Shown here piece after piece: positions 61,020-64,000 of a stretch of 64,000 nucleotides of DNA. The stretch is taken from positions 256,001-320,000 of the forward strand of contig CAVZDU010000010.1 of NCBI GenBank assembly GCA_963774265.1, written 5' to 3'. The translations under genes and the position numbers were made by a program. The DNA comes from an uncultured Chloroflexia bacterium. Its GTDB lineage: Bacteria > Chloroflexota > Anaerolineae > CG2-30-64-16. Position 1 is the first letter of the stretch; every line of letters begins with the position of its first letter. The notes below the pieces were generated by a model. It worked only from the letters and a program-made list of their open reading frames with translations, was not told the origin of the DNA and ran no database searches.

Positions 61020-62087
61020 ATGCTGTATGCCGTGATCATCGCGGGTGGTTCAGGTACGCGTCTTTGGCCATTGAGCCGCAGGAGCAAGCCGAAACAAGCA
61101 TTGAAGCTGATTGGCGACCGCACCATGTTCCAGCACGCAGTGGATCGGCTTGCTCCGTTGTTTACTCCCGATCGAATCTACGTCGGCACAAACGCAGAAA
61201 CAGCGGACTTGTTGCGGCCTCAGGCGCCTGATATTCCGGCCGAGAACTTCATCGTAGAACCCTCGGGTCGCGATTCAGGTCCCGCCGCAGGGCTCGCGGC
61301 AGCGCACCTGCTTCGCCGGGATGTCGATGCGACCATGGTCATGCTCACCGCCGACCATTTCATCGTTGACACCGCACAGTTCCGGGCGGCCCTGGCTGCT
61401 GCGGGTGAGGTCGCGGCTGGCGGTACGATCGTAACACTCGGTATTAAGCCGAGCGCACCCGACACGCGCTTTGGCTACCTCGAGCTCGGCTCTGCACAAC
61501 ATATCGTGGATGGATTTCGCGTCTACGAATGTGCGGGCTTTCGAGAAAAGCCCGATTACATGACCGCACAGGGTTTCTTTGAGGATGGTCGCCATGTCTG
61601 GAACAGCGGCATGTTCATCTGGCGCGCAGACCGTCTGTTAAGTGAATTCGAACGACAGTTGCCCGAGTCATACGAAGCGTTGGTCCGGATCAAGAGCGCC
61701 CTGGGCACAACCCACGCGACGCGGGTGCTGGAGACCGAATGGCTCAGGATGCGCAGAGTCTCGATTGACTACGGCGTGATGGAGAACGCAAAGGATGTCT
61801 CGGTGATTCCGGTGGAGATCGGATGGAGCGATATCGGTAGCTGGGGCGCATTGTTGGACGTGCTTCCGCCAGATGCGGACGGCAATGTCGCAGGAGGCTC
61901 TCTGCTTTCCCACGGTTCGAGCGGCTGCTACGTGCGCAGCGAGCGCACGGTTGCGGTAATCGGTATGGAAGACGTGATCATTGTCGACACGCCTGATGTG
62001 TTGTTGGTCTGTCCGCGCTCCCGTGCAGAAGAAGTCCGCGAATTGGTGAAGCGACTGGAAGCCGAGGGGCAGATCTCCTATCTGTGA
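61020..62087 (+). CDS. manC: Mannose-1-phosphate guanylyltransferase
   Basis: AGGSGTRLWPLSR..PKQ, EP.GRD, ADH, EKP, WNSGMF, SIDYGVME, WSDIGSW. Confidence 0.93.
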   Translation: MLYAVIIAGGSGTRLWPLSRRSKPKQALKLIGDRTMFQHAVDRLAPLFTPDRIYVGTNAETADLLRPQAPDIPAENFIVEPSGRDSGPAAGLAAAHLLRRDVDATMVMLTADHFIVDTAQFRAALAAAGEVAAGGTIVTLGIKPSAPDTRFGYLELGSAQHIVDGFRVYECAGFREKPDYMTAQGFFEDGRHVWNSGMFIWRADRLLSEFERQLPESYEALVRIKSALGTTHATRVLETEWLRMRRVSIDYGVMENAKDVSVIPVEIGWSDIGSWGALLDVLPPDADGNVAGGSLLSHGSSGCYVRSERTVAVIGMEDVIIVDTPDVLLVCPRSRAEEVRELVKRLEAEGQISYL

Positions 62088-62096
62088 ACGAGCTTT

Positions 62097-64000
62097 ATGA
62101 GTGACAATAACCTGACGGCCTACTGCGTCCGCTGCAAGGCTTCACGGCCTTTGACTGACGCCCAACCCGTGTTTTTCGCAAATGGGAGTGCCGCTACACG
62201 CGGCCGCTGTCCCGAATGCGGGACGACCCTCACGCGGATCGGGGCAACCGACGCGCATGTCGGTCTGCCGAGACCAGAGCCCACAACGCAACCGAAGGCG
62301 AGCCGAAAGTCGGCCAGCGCGTCGAAAGCCAGCGCAAAGTCGGCGGTCAAGTCTACCAAGACTCCTCAGCCTGCAGCAGGTGGCAAATCGTCGCGTGCTA
62401 AGGTGACGAAGGGGAAGAGTACCGCAGACACTGGCGCGACGCGGGGTGGCAGAGGGGGAGTTGGACGTCGATCGTATGGCGGTGCCTTGCGTGGCCCCAA
62501 ACTGGTGATTGTCGAGTCGCCGGCAAAGGCGCGCACGGTGGGGAGGTTCCTCGGCCGCGACTACGATGTCCGCGCGTCCATCGGGCATGTGCGGGACCTG
62601 CTGCGTTCTCAACTCTCGGTCGATATCGAGGGTGGCTTTATACCCAAGTATCGCGTACCGGATGACAAAAAAGACGTTGTCAAGGATCTGAAGGCAGCGG
62701 CTGCAGAGGCAGATGAGGTCTATCTGGCGACTGATCCTGATCGCGAGGGCGAAGCCATTGCATGGCACTTGCTCCAGGCCGCCGATATCCCTCAACAGCG
62801 TGCTCGCCGGGTGGTGTTTCACGAAATCACGAAGAGCGCAATTGCCGATGCGTTCCGCCACGGCAGGGATATCGACATGGAACTCGTCGATGCGCAACAG
62901 GCGCGGCGGATCCTTGATCGGCTGGTGGGGTATCAGATCAGCCCGCTGCTCTGGGAGCGCGTCAAGAGTCGATTGTCAGCAGGGCGCGTTCAATCCGTAG
63001 CGCTTCGCCTGATCGTGGAACGAGAGCGTGAGGTTCAGTCCTTTGTGCCGGTGGAATATTGGTCACTCGACGCAGAGCTGGCTCAGCACGTGACGCGCGA
63101 TCAGCTACCGCGGCCAAGCTTTCTGGCGCGCCTGGTCCGCATTCGCGGTGCGGAGGCGGACCTCAAGAATCACGATGACGCTCACACCGTGGTGCGTGAA
63201 CTCGAAGGCGCTGAATACCTGGTTGCGGGCATCAGACGCGGTGAACGTCGTCGCCGGCCAAATCCACCTTTCACCACGAGTACGCTGCAACAGGACGCAT
63301 CTAATCGCTTGGGCATGGCCGCGAGTCGCACCATGCGAGTCGCTCAAGACCTGTATGAAGGCATCGACATTGGCGACCATGGCGGTCCTGTTGGTCTGAT
63401 TACGTATATGCGCACGGATAGTGTCAATATCTCACAGGAAGCCCAGACAGAGACGAGCGCAATGATCGCCGAGCGATATGGCCCTGAGTACGTGCCGCCA
63501 GAGCCTAACCTCTTCAAGTCACACGCTAAAAACGCCCAAGAGGCGCACGAGGCGATCCGGCCGACTTCGGTTTGGCGTTCACCTTCGGACTTGCGCGATA
63601 AGCTCAGCGGCGAACAGTACCGCTTATATGAGTTGATCTGGCGCCGCTTCGTAGCGAGTCAGATGGCCGCAGCCGTCTATGACACGCTCACAGTGGATGT
63701 AAAGGCGGGTCAACCGGGCGCCGGAGAATGGCCGTACCTGTTTCGTGCAAGTGGTTCGACCGTTCGCTTCCCCGGCTTCCTGGCGGTGTACAGCGGCGGC
63801 GCATCAGGTCCACAGGAAAATGGTCAGGCAGATAGGGACAATGGTCGGCCTGGTCGCAATGGGTTTGATCGCGCCCAGACGACGGGCGATAGTGAGTCTC
63901 CTGATACGGACCCGGCACAGCAGCAACTGAACATACCGGCAAGCCTATCAGAGGATGAGGTCCTGGACCTGCTGCGTCTGCTGCCGGAACAGCACTTTAC
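62097..64000 (+). CDS. topA: Type IA DNA topoisomerase with N-terminal Zn-ribbon extension (runs off the right edge; not in the ORF track)
   Basis: Manual translation from ATG 62097: AYCVRCK...RCPECG, basic linker, LVIVESPAKART, ATDPDREGEAI, SAGRVQS, ITYMRTD, AQEAHEAIRPT. Confidence 0.95.
   Translation, partial: MSDNNLTAYCVRCKASRPLTDAQPVFFANGSAATRGRCPECGTTLTRIGATDAHVGLPRPEPTTQPKASRKSASASKASAKSAVKSTKTPQPAAGGKSSRAKVTKGKSTADTGATRGGRGGVGRRSYGGALRGPKLVIVESPAKARTVGRFLGRDYDVRASIGHVRDLLRSQLSVDIEGGFIPKYRVPDDKKDVVKDLKAAAAEADEVYLATDPDREGEAIAWHLLQAADIPQQRARRVVFHEITKSAIADAFRHGRDIDMELVDAQQARRILDRLVGYQISPLLWERVKSRLSAGRVQSVALRLIVEREREVQSFVPVEYWSLDAELAQHVTRDQLPRPSFLARLVRIRGAEADLKNHDDAHTVVRELEGAEYLVAGIRRGERRRRPNPPFTTSTLQQDASNRLGMAASRTMRVAQDLYEGIDIGDHGGPVGLITYMRTDSVNISQEAQTETSAMIAERYGPEYVPPEPNLFKSHAKNAQEAHEAIRPTSVWRSPSDLRDKLSGEQYRLYELIWRRFVASQMAAAVYDTLTVDVKAGQPGAGEWPYLFRASGSTVRFPGFLAVYSGGASGPQENGQADRDNGRPGRNGFDRAQTTGDSESPDTDPAQQQLNIPASLSEDEVLDLLRLLPEQHF

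Noticed and set aside
1-64000. CRISPR array, IS element, prophage or rRNA
   Set aside because: I saw no regularly spaced repeats, transposase, phage genes or rRNA-like sequence; coding density leaves no room.

Overview
Core-genome window of roughly 60% GC (by eye) from a bacterium that looks like Chloroflexota (Anaerolineae/Caldilineae-like). This assignment is an inference from gene style: TopA with an N-terminal Zn-ribbon, GH-A/amidase fusion, DUF58/transglutaminase genes and ACTTCCGAAG palindromes. The window holds about 50 CDS and one tRNA-Arg(TCT). I saw no CRISPR array, integrase or transposase. In order: tandem DUF488 pair; GH-A/double-amidase wall hydrolase; MBL and TPR lipoprotein; two transglutaminase-like membrane proteins with DUF58; three tandem M42 peptidases; ychF; HD + nucleoside-deoxyribosyltransferase-like pair; GT2-VKOR; ferritin; acnA-icd; GH13; a single apparent operon joining a Rieske/cytochrome b complex to succinate dehydrogenase, followed by a Cys-rich Crp/Fnr regulator; lepA-rsmA; nadE; RR-RR-ECF sigma-ParB-like cluster; GH38; amidohydrolase + corrinoid protein; ftsH; ffh-rpsP-khpA-rimM; dprA-manC-topA. 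About a dozen small frameshifts (8 between 28.3 and 32.8 kb, one in essential rpsP) most likely reflect long-read consensus errors. Best novelty candidates are (1) the complex III-complex II operon with atypical heme ligands and TGTG-N8-CACA boxes, (2) a promoter-terminator unit of about 60 nt (sRNA or attenuator) before the GT2 gene, (3) the RR-ECF-ParB-like module lacking kinase and anti-sigma genes, and (4) the amidohydrolase-DUF1858-like fusion beside an orphan corrinoid protein. All family assignments come from motif recognition; no database searches were run.
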